Shown here piece after piece: positions 8,775 to 19,267 of a DNA stretch of 52,784 nucleotides. Positions within the stretch are counted from its first letter, which is position 1. The number at the start of each line of letters is the position of its first letter. The stretch covers positions 1 through 52,784 of IMG/VR virus record IMGVR_UViG_3300024258_000612; one strand, given 5' to 3'. The notes below the pieces were generated by a model. It had not been told where the DNA came from. It did not search any database and saw nothing but the letters and a program-made list of their open reading frames with translations. The position numbers and the translations under genes are program-made. This DNA comes from a virus. Lineage: Duplodnaviria; Caudoviricetes.

Positions 8775-8797
8775 GTACTAAAGGTATAGTTAGTTTA

Positions 8798-8834
8798 GGG
8801 CGGGTTTAGGAATCCTAATCTCGCCCATTTTTTT
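8798..8834 (+). terminator. Rho-independent terminator
   Basis: Imperfect stem GGGCGGGTTTAGGA / TCCTAATCTCGCCC followed by T7. Confidence 0.8.
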
Positions 8835-8849
8835 GTCTGGAGAATTTTT

Positions 8850-9149
8850 ATGTTAATCAAAGCAGCTTTTCACGACCTGGATAGTTTTACCTCGCATGAG
8901 GCTATCAGACGTGCACAAGACTTATTGGGGGAGTTTACTGAAGTAAAAGCCTTCCCTAGTTCTACAGACCCCTGGGACAACATTTACTTTGCCATCCAAG
9001 AAGTCATAACAACTGACCAACTAGACCTCATATTTGACGAAGGCCCTTTATACCCCGAAAAGGTAAAAGAACTAAGGGCCCTTGTATTGAGTAAGTTAGA
9101 AAGTGAGTTGGACGAGGTTATAAAAGATAACGAACAGAAGGTTAAGTAA
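8850..9149 (+). CDS. Hypothetical protein
   Basis: GGAG RBS; TAATG coupling to the helicase gene. Confidence 0.7.
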   Translation: MLIKAAFHDLDSFTSHEAIRRAQDLLGEFTEVKAFPSSTDPWDNIYFAIQEVITTDQLDLIFDEGPLYPEKVKELRALVLSKLESELDEVIKDNEQKVK

Positions 9150-10525
9150 TGGATATCGGAGCGGTTGTTCTACACAAATTGTTAGAAGAACAAAGCCTCG
9201 AAGGGTGGTCTAGGTTACGAAGTGAATTTTTTGATGCTTCATTTAAGTCCGTTTATACGGCAATAAATAAGTATTATAAGGCACGCAATGAGATACCTAG
9301 TTTCGAAGACTTAGGTGTTAAAGTCAGAAACCCTAAGCTAGAAAAAGATGTAGCTTCTTTAGAGCTTTTAGAAGTTCCAGAGATAGATCTTGATCTAGCT
9401 ATTGATGCTTTAATCGATCAATTTGCACAAAATTCAACATTAGATATGCTTGATGACTATATCAAGGATATTACCATGATGGATGTTGAAGAGATAAAGT
9501 CTGGGATATCCGAAATCGCACTGAAGTTGGATGAAAAGACTCAGACTAATGAAATGGTAGCAACCATGGATAGTATTAGCTTGTTTCAAGAAGCGGCAGA
9601 TACTGAACATACTTGCTTCCCTATCGGTATTAATAATACCTTTGATAGCAAAAATGGCGGACTATACCGAGAAGATCTAATATTACTTGGTGGTAAAAGA
9701 GGTTCTGGTAAGTCTCTAGTAAGTGCCAACATGGTGGCTAACCAGTATGCTATGGGGAACACGGCAATATTCTTTACTATTGAGATGACGGCAATGGAAA
9801 CATTCCACCGTATCAGTAGTATGTTATCGGGAGTGTCCTACTCTCAGATAAGAAAGAATGCACTCGAGAAAGAGGAAGAGTTCGCCCTAGCTAAGATGCG
9901 TGCTGATATGTTCTTAGGAACGGAAGAAGTATACAATGACTTCCTAGAACATAGAGACCCCGTAAGGCTGGAAAAACACCTAATAAAAGATTGCAAACTA
10001 AAACCAGATAACCAAATTATTATTGTGGATGACAGGTCTCTGTCTCTGACTAGTATTGATTTACAAATACAGAAAGCTAAGGCACAGTTTGGAGACAAAC
10101 TAACTTTAGTAGTTGTAGATTATGTAAACCAAGTAGAGACAGGTATAGGCAAGGATTTGTATGATTGGCAGTCACAAATCTTTGCAAGTAAGAAACTAAA
10201 AGAGTATGCTAGAAAGTATGAAGTAGCAATTGTTAGCCCGTATCAAATTGATGATTCAGGTGCTACACGATTTGCTAAAGGACTACTAGATAGCCCGGAT
10301 ATGGCATTCTTAATTGATGCACACTCTAAAGAGGACAAGGCTGTAACGTTCACCTCTACTAAAGTTAGAAGTGGACCAGACCTTGAATTTACAAGTATAA
10401 TGAATTGGGACAACTTAAGACTAGGCCCTCAAGACACTGCGAAACCCGCAGAAAAGAAAAGTATAAAGGACGGCACTAGAAAAATAGGTCAACAACCAAA
10501 ACCAGAGGACAGCGATTTAGTATAA
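9149..10525 (+). CDS. D6: DnaB-like replicative helicase (T5 D6-like)
   Basis: Walker A GGKRGSGKS, FTIEM, Walker B VVVDYVN. Confidence 0.92.
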   Translation: MDIGAVVLHKLLEEQSLEGWSRLRSEFFDASFKSVYTAINKYYKARNEIPSFEDLGVKVRNPKLEKDVASLELLEVPEIDLDLAIDALIDQFAQNSTLDMLDDYIKDITMMDVEEIKSGISEIALKLDEKTQTNEMVATMDSISLFQEAADTEHTCFPIGINNTFDSKNGGLYREDLILLGGKRGSGKSLVSANMVANQYAMGNTAIFFTIEMTAMETFHRISSMLSGVSYSQIRKNALEKEEEFALAKMRADMFLGTEEVYNDFLEHRDPVRLEKHLIKDCKLKPDNQIIIVDDRSLSLTSIDLQIQKAKAQFGDKLTLVVVDYVNQVETGIGKDLYDWQSQIFASKKLKEYARKYEVAIVSPYQIDDSGATRFAKGLLDSPDMAFLIDAHSKEDKAVTFTSTKVRSGPDLEFTSIMNWDNLRLGPQDTAKPAEKKSIKDGTRKIGQQPKPEDSDLV

Positions 10526-11364
10526 TGGATGTAGAACAGTTATTAAATGAACGTAAAATAGAGTTTAGACCTAAGGGTCAAGACTTCGTGGTAAGGTGTT
10601 TAAACCCCGAGCATGAGGACAATAATCCTTCTATGCATATCGATAAACTAAGTGGTGCATATAACTGCTTTAGTTGTGGGTTTAAAGGGAATGTTTTTAA
10701 ATACTATAACGTTGATAGAGACTGGCAAGACCTACGAGTTAAAAAGTTACAGAGAGCAATCACAAAGATACGACAAGAAGCTAACGGGCTGCCAATGCCC
10801 GCAGGCTTCGTCCCTTACAACAGGGATTTTAGGGGTATTAGGAAAGAGATTCTAAGAGAGTATAATGCGTTTACGCATAAAGACCACGAAGATAGAATTA
10901 TCTTTCCTATCCCCGACATTACCGGCAAGGTACGAGCGTTTATTGGTAGATACATAAATAGTGACGCTCACCCCCGGTACCTAATTTTCCCAAAAGGGGC
11001 AGATTTACCCCTTTTCCCTTCCAAGGTACAGCCTATTAACGGCAGTGTAATACTTGTAGAAGGATCGTTAGACGCTCTTAATCTAATCAGTGGAGGCCTT
11101 GTAAATGCAACCGCTGTGTTAGGAGCTAATAACATAGATAAAGAGAAACTAGAAAGTCTAAGATTTTTAGGCGTTAGAAAAATATATATTATGTTCGATG
11201 CAGATGATGCAGGAAGAAAGGCAGCCGCAAGAGCTGAAGAGGTATTAGAACAGATATTCATAATAGAACAATTAGCATTACCAGAAGGCTTAGACCCTGG
11301 AGACCTGTCTATAGAGGACATAAAATCAATCAAGGAGGAATTATATGAAAGTAGCGATAGTTGA
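10525..11364 (+). CDS. pri: DNA primase
   Basis: C..H...CFSCG zinc finger; TOPRIM VEG..D and FDADDAG. Confidence 0.95.
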   Translation: MDVEQLLNERKIEFRPKGQDFVVRCLNPEHEDNNPSMHIDKLSGAYNCFSCGFKGNVFKYYNVDRDWQDLRVKKLQRAITKIRQEANGLPMPAGFVPYNRDFRGIRKEILREYNAFTHKDHEDRIIFPIPDITGKVRAFIGRYINSDAHPRYLIFPKGADLPLFPSKVQPINGSVILVEGSLDALNLISGGLVNATAVLGANNIDKEKLESLRFLGVRKIYIMFDADDAGRKAAARAEEVLEQIFIIEQLALPEGLDPGDLSIEDIKSIKEELYESSDS

Positions 11365-13606
11365 TAAGCACCCCACAAACGTAAATTATTCAAAGCATTT
11401 TACGTTTGAATTTGAGGTATTTCACTTATCTTCAACAAAGACAAAGAAGCTGTTGAAGAAGGATGTAGACTTAGAATTTAATGCCGAGGAGTTTGACCTA
11501 GTAATATTAATAGGTTCTGAAGCTTCTAAGTTCATTGGAGGGGTCACCTCCGTAACAGAGTTTGCAGGGCATTTAGTGGAGGATAAATTCGTGCCAATGA
11601 TTAACCCAGCAATGTTAAGTTTCAAGCCTGAAGCCAAGCCGCATTTTGATAAAGCTATTGAGAAAGTAGAAGGGTATGTTGCAGGCGTTAAGCCTCCTAC
11701 AGTTACAGGAGACTTTGAGGGTATCACAGAAGAGGAAAGAGCAAATGAATATTTGGAAGAGATATTGGCAGACAACTCAATTCGGCACATTGCGTGCGAT
11801 ACGGAGACATCTTCTCTCTATCCAAGGGACGGTTATGTACTGGGTATTAGTATTACACATAAAAGTAAGCAGGGCGTATATATCTCGACTGAATGCGTCA
11901 GCGAGAAGACTGAAAAACTGCTGCAAGCTATATTTTCCAGTAGACTAGTAGTATTTCACAACGCTAAGTTTGACTTGAAGATGTTGCAGTATCACTTCAA
12001 TTTCAAGTTCCCTAAAGTATCTGATACAATGCTGATGCACTATTTATTAGATGAAACTCAAGGCACGCACGGACTAAAAGCCCTAGCCATGAAGTTCACG
12101 GACTATGGGGACTATGACAGAGCCTTAGATGAGTTTAGAACAAACTACTGTAAACAGAACGGCATTTTAAAGGGAGAGTTCTCTTATGACTTAATTCCTT
12201 TCGATATCCTTGCAGAATATGCAGCAATCGATACCGCAGTTACATACGACCTATACACATTATTCAGTAAGAAGCTACTATCTAATAAAGCCCTTACTAA
12301 AGTATATAAAGAACTGATGGTTCCAGGAATGTTGTTCTTAACAGATGTGGAGGAGAACGGAGTTCCCTTCGACATAGGTAGACTAAAGAAAGTTCAAGCA
12401 TTAATGGAAGTTGAAGTGCAAACTGCTAAAGACGAGCTGTACAAGCACGATGCAGTACACACTTTTGAAAAAGAGCAAGGCAAAGTATTCAACCCTAATA
12501 GTACTCAACAGTTAAGAGTACTGTTATTTGACTACCTTGGGTTGACCCCTACAGGGAAGTTAACAGGGACGGGAGCCGCAAGTACAGATGCAGAGGTTCT
12601 AAAGAAATTAGCAGAGGAACACCCTATCCCTGGAGTCCTTCTTAACATTAGACAGAAGTCTAAAATTAAGAATACTTACTTAGATAAGATTATCCCTGCC
12701 TTAGATAAGGATAGCAGAATTAGAACAGGTTTTAACTTAACCTCCACTACTTCTGGGAGACTGTCTAGTTCTGGCAAGATTAATATGCAACAGTTGCCTA
12801 GAGATAACGCAGCTGTTAAAGGGTGTATTAAAGCAACTCCAGGTTACAAGATAATTCAGCAGGATTTAGCAACTGCAGAGGTATATGTTGCTGCTATCTT
12901 ATCTGGGGACAAAAACTTACAAAACGTATTTAAAAGTGGCGGCGACTTACACTCTACTATTGCAAAAATGGTATTTCAATTGAAAGAACCTGCAAGTGAG
13001 GTCAAAGAAAAGAACCCTACCGCTAGACAGGCTGCTAAAGCTATTACTTTTGGTATTATGTACGGGTCTGGGCCTGCTAAAGTTGCAGAAACAGTTACTA
13101 AAGAGAGTGGTAAACCCTTTTCGGTACAAAAAGCAAAAGACACTATTGCCAAGTACTTCGATACGTTCAGTAGTCTAAGAAGCTGGCTACAGATGTCCAA
13201 AGAAGATATTGAGGCCAATGGGTACATATATAGCATCTTTGGCAGAAAGCGTAGACTCTCCAATGTATTCAGTTCTGATAAGGGAGTAGCTTCTCATGAA
13301 GTTAGGAGTGGGATTAACTTTCTTATCCAATCAGTTGCATCAGACATTAACTTATATGCAGGTATTGAACTAAACACATGGATTAAAGAGAATAATTATG
13401 ATGCTAAAATCATCGCTCTCGTGCATGACTCATTAGTGTTGGAAATTAAAGAGGATCAAGTAGACGTAGTATGTGAAAAAATGGCTGAGTTAACTCAAAT
13501 GGATAGAGGGTGTACAATTCCCGGAAAACCTGTTGGAGTGGACCTAGACGTAGGGGAGGACTACAGCTTTGGAAAATTTGAGAAGCAATACCCTGACATG
13601 GTCTGA
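11345..13606 (+). CDS. polA: Family A DNA polymerase with 3'-5' exonuclease
   Basis: DTET, HNAKFD, YAAID exonuclease motifs; SGRLSS; motif A DLATAE; motif B RQAAKAITFGIMYG; motif C VHDS. Confidence 0.97.
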   Translation: MKVAIVDKHPTNVNYSKHFTFEFEVFHLSSTKTKKLLKKDVDLEFNAEEFDLVILIGSEASKFIGGVTSVTEFAGHLVEDKFVPMINPAMLSFKPEAKPHFDKAIEKVEGYVAGVKPPTVTGDFEGITEEERANEYLEEILADNSIRHIACDTETSSLYPRDGYVLGISITHKSKQGVYISTECVSEKTEKLLQAIFSSRLVVFHNAKFDLKMLQYHFNFKFPKVSDTMLMHYLLDETQGTHGLKALAMKFTDYGDYDRALDEFRTNYCKQNGILKGEFSYDLIPFDILAEYAAIDTAVTYDLYTLFSKKLLSNKALTKVYKELMVPGMLFLTDVEENGVPFDIGRLKKVQALMEVEVQTAKDELYKHDAVHTFEKEQGKVFNPNSTQQLRVLLFDYLGLTPTGKLTGTGAASTDAEVLKKLAEEHPIPGVLLNIRQKSKIKNTYLDKIIPALDKDSRIRTGFNLTSTTSGRLSSSGKINMQQLPRDNAAVKGCIKATPGYKIIQQDLATAEVYVAAILSGDKNLQNVFKSGGDLHSTIAKMVFQLKEPASEVKEKNPTARQAAKAITFGIMYGSGPAKVAETVTKESGKPFSVQKAKDTIAKYFDTFSSLRSWLQMSKEDIEANGYIYSIFGRKRRLSNVFSSDKGVASHEVRSGINFLIQSVASDINLYAGIELNTWIKENNYDAKIIALVHDSLVLEIKEDQVDVVCEKMAELTQMDRGCTIPGKPVGVDLDVGEDYSFGKFEKQYPDMV

Positions 13607-14102
13607 CATAACATACCCAATATTCCCCCTAGCAGGCACAGTAGAAGGCTTCTACAAAGAAGAGGATATTTTGTTCGCTAAAGATGATCGCGGTTATAGG
13701 ATATTAGACGACACTACCTTAGAGGGGAACTCTTTAGGCGTAAGAAGGCTAAAGATCAAGGCAGATAGAAAGAGTATATACCCTTTAAAGAGGAAGATAG
13801 ATACTTTTATAGACTTAGTGAAGTATTCCGCTAAATCTAAGTTATATCTAGATTATACAGGAAAACCTTTCAAGTATAAGAAAACCCGGTATGTTAGCTT
13901 AGTCTACAAACCTATTAACTTTAGAAAGTATGTAGATGGCAAAGGTACCTTGTTTACAGCAAAGGGTGTTAACAATTGGTTTGAAGTACCTGCTATAGTA
14001 GGTCCCGAGATTCCTTTTGTTATTTTATTAAAGATAGACCAATCATACGTATTGTATGGTTTGAGCAACACAAAAGGGTTAGATACTAGGAGAATGATAT
14101 GA
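13569..14102 (+). CDS. Conserved T5-like hypothetical protein between pol and D10
   Basis: Synteny; start codon uncertain. Confidence 0.7.
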   Translation: MENLRSNTLTWSDITYPIFPLAGTVEGFYKEEDILFAKDDRGYRILDDTTLEGNSLGVRRLKIKADRKSIYPLKRKIDTFIDLVKYSAKSKLYLDYTGKPFKYKKTRYVSLVYKPINFRKYVDGKGTLFTAKGVNNWFEVPAIVGPEIPFVILLKIDQSYVLYGLSNTKGLDTRRMI

Positions 14103-15403
14103 CGACTACGTTTGATAAGAAAGCTGTTGTTTCGAACAGAATATATCTAAAAGCTGATAAAGCACTGCAGGATAAACTCAATGACGAGTTAACATATATT
14201 ATTCCCACATACGGAATAGACCAACCTCCTTTAGTTATAAAAAACATAGGTAGAATCAACAAGGACTTAGTAAGCATCCCTGTTGGAAGGAGGGATCTGG
14301 TACCTGAGGACTACGAAATTATAGATAAAACTTTGCTTGCGCCGATGACCATGCCGAAGTTTAAGTTCGAATTACGTGCGAGTCAACAAGATGTATACGA
14401 CAAGGTAACAGGCAATACAATTATTAATGCCCCTCCTAGTTGGGGAAAGACATTCACTGCTTTAGCTATAGTTGCAAAGTTAGCCCAAAAAACATTAATA
14501 GTAGTACATACTATTGCTTTGAGAGACCAGTGGGTTAAAGAAATTGAGTATACTATGGGGTTTAAGCCCGGTATTATAGGTAGCGGTAAGCTGGAGTTAG
14601 ACCCACCTATAGTAGTAGGGAACGTGCAGACTTTAACTAAGAAAGTGCCCGATATAAGAGACTTATTTGGAACAATCGTGTTGGACGAAATGCACCACGT
14701 GTCCTCCCCTACTTTTGCTAAGATTGTAGACAAGTTGCCTGCAAGATACAAGATAGGGCTTAGTGGTACTTTGAAGCGAAAGGACGGTAAGCACGTGGTG
14801 TTCAATGATTATTTTGGGTACGATGTACATATACCCCCAAAAGAGAACTATATGGTTCCTAGGATTGCTACGGTTAGATCAGATATAAGATTCCCAGACG
14901 GAGCAAGAACTCCCTGGGCAAAACGAGTTAATGTAGTAGCTTATGATCCTAACTACCAAAGCTTGATAGCACAGATAGCTTCAGTATATGCAGCTAAAGG
15001 GCATAAAGTCCTAGTTGTAAGTGATAGAGTACAGTTTCTAAAAAACTGTGCAGAATTAACAGGAGATAGAGCAATATGCGTAACAGGAGAACTACCACAT
15101 GAACTTAGGGAAGGAGAGCTTCAGAAAATTAAAGATGACGAGGCAGACGTATTATACGGAACTCAGAGTATTTTTTGCGAAGGTATTTCGCTTAATGAGT
15201 TATCTGTTCTTATTCTTGGGACTCCTATCAATAATGAACCACTTCTTATTCAGCTAATAGGAAGAGTTATAAGAAAGCAGGAAGGTAAGTTACAACCTGT
15301 GGTAGTAGATATCCATTTAAAAGGGAAAACAGCTACAGCACAAGCGAGTGCTCGAATGGGAGTTTATATCTCAGAAGGGTACGAAATAAAAAATTATACT
15401 TGA
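14099..15403 (+). CDS. D10: SF2 helicase (T5 D10-like)
   Basis: WGKT, DEMH, LSGT, QLIGRVIR. Confidence 0.93.
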   Translation: MTTTFDKKAVVSNRIYLKADKALQDKLNDELTYIIPTYGIDQPPLVIKNIGRINKDLVSIPVGRRDLVPEDYEIIDKTLLAPMTMPKFKFELRASQQDVYDKVTGNTIINAPPSWGKTFTALAIVAKLAQKTLIVVHTIALRDQWVKEIEYTMGFKPGIIGSGKLELDPPIVVGNVQTLTKKVPDIRDLFGTIVLDEMHHVSSPTFAKIVDKLPARYKIGLSGTLKRKDGKHVVFNDYFGYDVHIPPKENYMVPRIATVRSDIRFPDGARTPWAKRVNVVAYDPNYQSLIAQIASVYAAKGHKVLVVSDRVQFLKNCAELTGDRAICVTGELPHELREGELQKIKDDEADVLYGTQSIFCEGISLNELSVLILGTPINNEPLLIQLIGRVIRKQEGKLQPVVVDIHLKGKTATAQASARMGVYISEGYEIKNYT

Positions 15404-15428
15404 CAATTATGTTAAACTTTAGTATAAT
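15400..15428 (+). promoter_or_regulatory. sigma70-type phage promoter
   Basis: TTGACA-17 nt-TATAAT; shares GTTAAACTTTAGTATAATATATATTC with the promoter at 4570. Confidence 0.9.
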
Positions 15429-15454
15429 ATATATTCCAAATCAGAGGAGTTTCA

Positions 15455-15838
15455 ATGATTTTTTTCAATTGGGAAACAATGAGCTTAATGGCCCAAGGTG
15501 ACCCTAGAAACATTATTATAATGGTAGCAAGGCTTACTTACAATCTAACGTGTCACAGTCGTGATAGAAGTAAAGACAAACTTTACAAAGTAGATTTAAG
15601 AGGAGATAGCTACTTGTTAGAACCGGAACTACTCTTGAGGAACGAGAAAGGCGTCTCTATGAAGTACTTAGCAGAGTATGTAGGATTAGCTAGTTATAGA
15701 AGGTATATAGACTACCAGATGGCTAATGACTCTACACTCTCAGTTTTGCACACTCATATGGATCGAGAAAAAATAGAAAATAACCCCTTACTATACGTAA
15801 GGAATGATAAAATACACTTCAAATTAGAGGAACACTAG
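15455..15838 (+). CDS. Conserved T5-like hypothetical protein
   Basis: GAGGAG RBS; synteny upstream of D11. Confidence 0.7.
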   Translation: MIFFNWETMSLMAQGDPRNIIIMVARLTYNLTCHSRDRSKDKLYKVDLRGDSYLLEPELLLRNEKGVSMKYLAEYVGLASYRRYIDYQMANDSTLSVLHTHMDREKIENNPLLYVRNDKIHFKLEEH

Positions 15839-15842
15839 AAAA

Positions 15843-16475
15843 ATGGCAATTACATTTAAGAACGTAACAGGAAAAGCAAAGAAATCATCAGCAGAAGCAT
15901 ACACATACAAAGAAGGCGACAATACAGTACGCATGGTAGGAGACATCTTACCAAGATATGTATACTGGACTACAACAACAGACAATAAGAGAGTTCCTAT
16001 GGAGTGCTTAGCATTTGATAGAGAACAAGAAAGATTTGCCAACTTAGAGAAAGACTGGGTGCAACATCACTTCCCAGAGATGAAGTGTTCTTGGGCGTAT
16101 GCAGTGCAAGTTGTAGACGAAGGCAAGCTTAAGGTACTAAACCTTAAAAAGAAATTATTTGAACAAATTCTTACAGCAGCGGAAGACTTAGGCGATCCAA
16201 CAGACCCAGTAACAGGTTGGGATGTTAGATTTAAGAAAGTTAAAACTGGACCACTACCTTTCAATGTAGAGTACACTCTACAAGTACTGAAGTGTAAAGT
16301 TCGTGAACTTTCAGAGGACGAAAAGACAGCTGTCGAAGCATTGAAGCCTATTGACGAAATCATCCGTAGACCTTCAGCTGATGATCAAAAGACCTTCATT
16401 GAGCAGAACATCTTAGAAGGAGGCTCTACAGAGGTGCCTTCTGAGGTAGCTGAGGAAGTTAAGGACCTACTGTAA
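15843..16475 (+). CDS. D11: Single-stranded DNA-binding protein (T5 D11-like)
   Basis: ILPRYVYW, KKKLFEQI, DLGDPTDP..GWD, KTGP; acidic tail. Confidence 0.85.
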   Translation: MAITFKNVTGKAKKSSAEAYTYKEGDNTVRMVGDILPRYVYWTTTTDNKRVPMECLAFDREQERFANLEKDWVQHHFPEMKCSWAYAVQVVDEGKLKVLNLKKKLFEQILTAAEDLGDPTDPVTGWDVRFKKVKTGPLPFNVEYTLQVLKCKVRELSEDEKTAVEALKPIDEIIRRPSADDQKTFIEQNILEGGSTEVPSEVAEEVKDLL

Positions 16476-16487
16476 TAATATAGAATT

Positions 16488-16523
16488 AAAGCCCCTAGGT
16501 AATTAACCTTAGGGGCTTTTTTT
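16488..16523 (+). terminator. Rho-independent terminator
   Basis: AAAGCCCCTAGGT-AATTA-ACCTTAGGGGCTTT followed by a T-run. Confidence 0.9.
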
Positions 16524-16542
16524 GGCTTGGAGAAACAACATA

Positions 16543-17478
16543 ATGAAAATACTATTTTCAGCAGACTGGCATTTAAAGTTAGGTCAGAAGAACGTCCCCG
16601 TTACTTGGGCGACTAACAGATACGATTTGCTATTTAAAGAAATATATAAGCTAGAAAAAACTGTGGACTTACACATTATAGGCGGAGATCTGTTTGACAG
16701 GTTACCTACCTTAGATGAGTTAAGTCTATACTTTAAGTTTATAAAAGGTGTTAGTATACCTACACTAATTTACCCTGGAAACCACGAGGCGTTAAAGAAG
16801 AATACATCTTTCTTTACTAACTTGAAAGAGGTTACTGCGGCTGTAAATGACAAAGTTACTATTATAGATGACTACCATAAGATAGATAATATGGACTTTA
16901 TACCTTACACTAAACTAAAGGAATTTGATCCAGAAGACTTCTCAGGGGATGTTCTGTTCACCCATGTTAGAGGGGAGATCCCGCCACATGTACAACCAGA
17001 AATAGACCTTGATACCTTAGCAGGTTGGGATCTAGTAATAGCAGGTGACCTACACTCTCACGAGAATTCACAGAAAAACATTATATACCCTGGTAGTCCA
17101 GTTACTACTTCATTCCATAGAAATCCTGTGGATACTGGTGTACTATTGTTTGATAATGAGACAATGAAAAGCTCTTTTATGAAGCTAAAGCTGCCTCAGC
17201 TTATTAGACAGACGGTTGCTTCACCAGAGCAGATGAAAAAGACAAACTATAACCATACTATATATGAGTTAGAGGGCGACTTGACTGAGCTGGCTAAGGT
17301 AGATGGAGATACGGAGTTGTTAGATAAGAAACTCGTTAAACGTAAGTCAGAGGCTGCCCTAATACTGGGTAGTGATATGACTATAGAGGAAGAGCTGTCT
17401 GAGTACTTACAATATATTGTAGGACTTAATACTAGCAAAACCAAAGAAGTACTAGGAGTATTCAATGATTATACTTAA
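16543..17478 (+). CDS. D12: SbcD/Mre11-like nuclease (T5 D12)
   Basis: ADWH, GDLFD, GNHE, GDLH, YPGSP; ATG 16543 follows a GGAG RBS. Confidence 0.93.
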   Translation: MKILFSADWHLKLGQKNVPVTWATNRYDLLFKEIYKLEKTVDLHIIGGDLFDRLPTLDELSLYFKFIKGVSIPTLIYPGNHEALKKNTSFFTNLKEVTAAVNDKVTIIDDYHKIDNMDFIPYTKLKEFDPEDFSGDVLFTHVRGEIPPHVQPEIDLDTLAGWDLVIAGDLHSHENSQKNIIYPGSPVTTSFHRNPVDTGVLLFDNETMKSSFMKLKLPQLIRQTVASPEQMKKTNYNHTIYELEGDLTELAKVDGDTELLDKKLVKRKSEAALILGSDMTIEEELSEYLQYIVGLNTSKTKEVLGVFNDYT

Positions 17479-19267
17479 AGAATTAAAATGGAGTAATTGC
17501 TTCAGTTATGGAGAGGACAACACTCTAGATTTAGAGAAAGATATACTTACTCAATTAGTTGGAACTAATGGAGCAGGTAAAAGTTCGATTCCTATCATCA
17601 TAGAGGAAGCTCTATTTAATAAGAACTCGAAAGGGGTGAAGAAAGCAGATATACTAAACAGGCATAATGGTGCGAAAAGTTATAGTATTGCCTTACACTT
17701 TACAACTGATGGAGTATCCTACATAGTAGATATTCACAGAGCGGCTAACTTAAAAGTGCTTTTAACAGCTGATGGAGAAGACATCTCTTCGCACACTGCT
17801 ACTGGTACATTTAAGACACTTGAATCGGTATTGGGCTTAGACTTTAAAACATTCTCACAATTAGTGTACCAGAGTACTACAAGCTCTTTGCAGTTTTTAA
17901 CTGCCACAGATACTAATAGAAAGAAGTTCTTAATTGAGCTGCTAAACTTAGAAAGGTATATTGGCCTATTTGATGTATTTAAAGATGCACATAAGGAGTC
18001 CGCTGAAACTCTTAGCGAGATTAGAGGGGAGATCAATACTATAGAACAGTGGCTCGTACAACATAAGTTAAGCTCTTTAGAGAAGCGAGCAATAGAAAAG
18101 CTGCCAGATATGCCTACAGATGAGTTAGACGAGTTAGCCAGCCTACAGCTAAGATTAAGGAATATCGCTAAAACCAATAGGGATATATCTCAAAATGAGC
18201 AGTACAAAGCTTTATTAGGAAGAATAGACGCAGGGCAGCTAACTGAAGTAGTAGAGGCACCCGAAGACCCTAAAGACATTAACGCAGAGGTTGGGGCGCT
18301 TACCTCAGAAAGAAATCAAGCTAAAGCTGTTCTTACTAAACTGAACAGCTTAGAAGGAGTTGCTAAGTGCCCAACTTGCTTGCAAGAAATAGATGACGAG
18401 TTCAAACAAGAATTAATAGTTGAAGCGAGCTCATCTGTTAAAAGCAAGCTGGCTCAAATGAGTAAGCTAACCGAGGCTCTAAAAGGTATTCGTACTCAAT
18501 CTCAGAGATTTGAGGAACATAAGACAGTTGTGGCAGAGTTTGAAAGACTCTCCACTTTGATAGACAAGGATATACCTGCCAAGCTAGAAGATGAGGCGGA
18601 TATTGTCTCGAGTATTACGGAAGTACAGAACTCTATACAAGAGGTACAGGCTCTAATTTCTTCGATAGAAAAGGCTAATATAGCTGCTACTAAACATAAT
18701 ACCGAACTTGAGTACGTATCAAAGCAGATAGAAGAGTTTAAGGCTTCACTAGAGAAAAAGACGGTTAAGTTAAAGAACATTAATAATGAGGCCGCTAACT
18801 TAGAAGTGCTAAAGAAGTCATTTAGTACTAATGGTCTAGTAGCGTACAAAATAGAAAACTTAGTAAAAGACTTAGAGGAAATAGCTAATGTATACTTATC
18901 CGAGTTATCAGATGGGCGCTTCCAGCTTACCTTTGAAGTTACTAATGATAAGTTAAATGTTATCATTTCAGACAATGGGGATACTATACAAATTCTTGCT
19001 TTAAGTTCTGGTGAACTTGCTCGAGTTAATACAGCTACTCTACTTGCAATTAGAAAACTAATGGCTACACTATCTAAGTCTAAAATCAATATGCTATTCT
19101 TAGACGAAGTTATCAACGTGCTAGATGACGCGGGTAGAGAGAAGTTGATTGAGACTTTATTAAAAGAAGTAAATTTAAACACTTTCCTTGTATCCCACGG
19201 GTACACACACCCATTACTAGCTAAAGTTAATGTGGTGAAAGAGAAAGACACATCGAGGTTAGACTAA
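17465..19267 (+). CDS. D13: SbcC/Rad50-like ATPase (T5 D13)
   Basis: GTNGAGKS, coiled coils, CPTC hook, LSSGE, LFLDE. Confidence 0.95.
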   Translation: MIILKELKWSNCFSYGEDNTLDLEKDILTQLVGTNGAGKSSIPIIIEEALFNKNSKGVKKADILNRHNGAKSYSIALHFTTDGVSYIVDIHRAANLKVLLTADGEDISSHTATGTFKTLESVLGLDFKTFSQLVYQSTTSSLQFLTATDTNRKKFLIELLNLERYIGLFDVFKDAHKESAETLSEIRGEINTIEQWLVQHKLSSLEKRAIEKLPDMPTDELDELASLQLRLRNIAKTNRDISQNEQYKALLGRIDAGQLTEVVEAPEDPKDINAEVGALTSERNQAKAVLTKLNSLEGVAKCPTCLQEIDDEFKQELIVEASSSVKSKLAQMSKLTEALKGIRTQSQRFEEHKTVVAEFERLSTLIDKDIPAKLEDEADIVSSITEVQNSIQEVQALISSIEKANIAATKHNTELEYVSKQIEEFKASLEKKTVKLKNINNEAANLEVLKKSFSTNGLVAYKIENLVKDLEEIANVYLSELSDGRFQLTFEVTNDKLNVIISDNGDTIQILALSSGELARVNTATLLAIRKLMATLSKSKINMLFLDEVINVLDDAGREKLIETLLKEVNLNTFLVSHGYTHPLLAKVNVVKEKDTSRLD

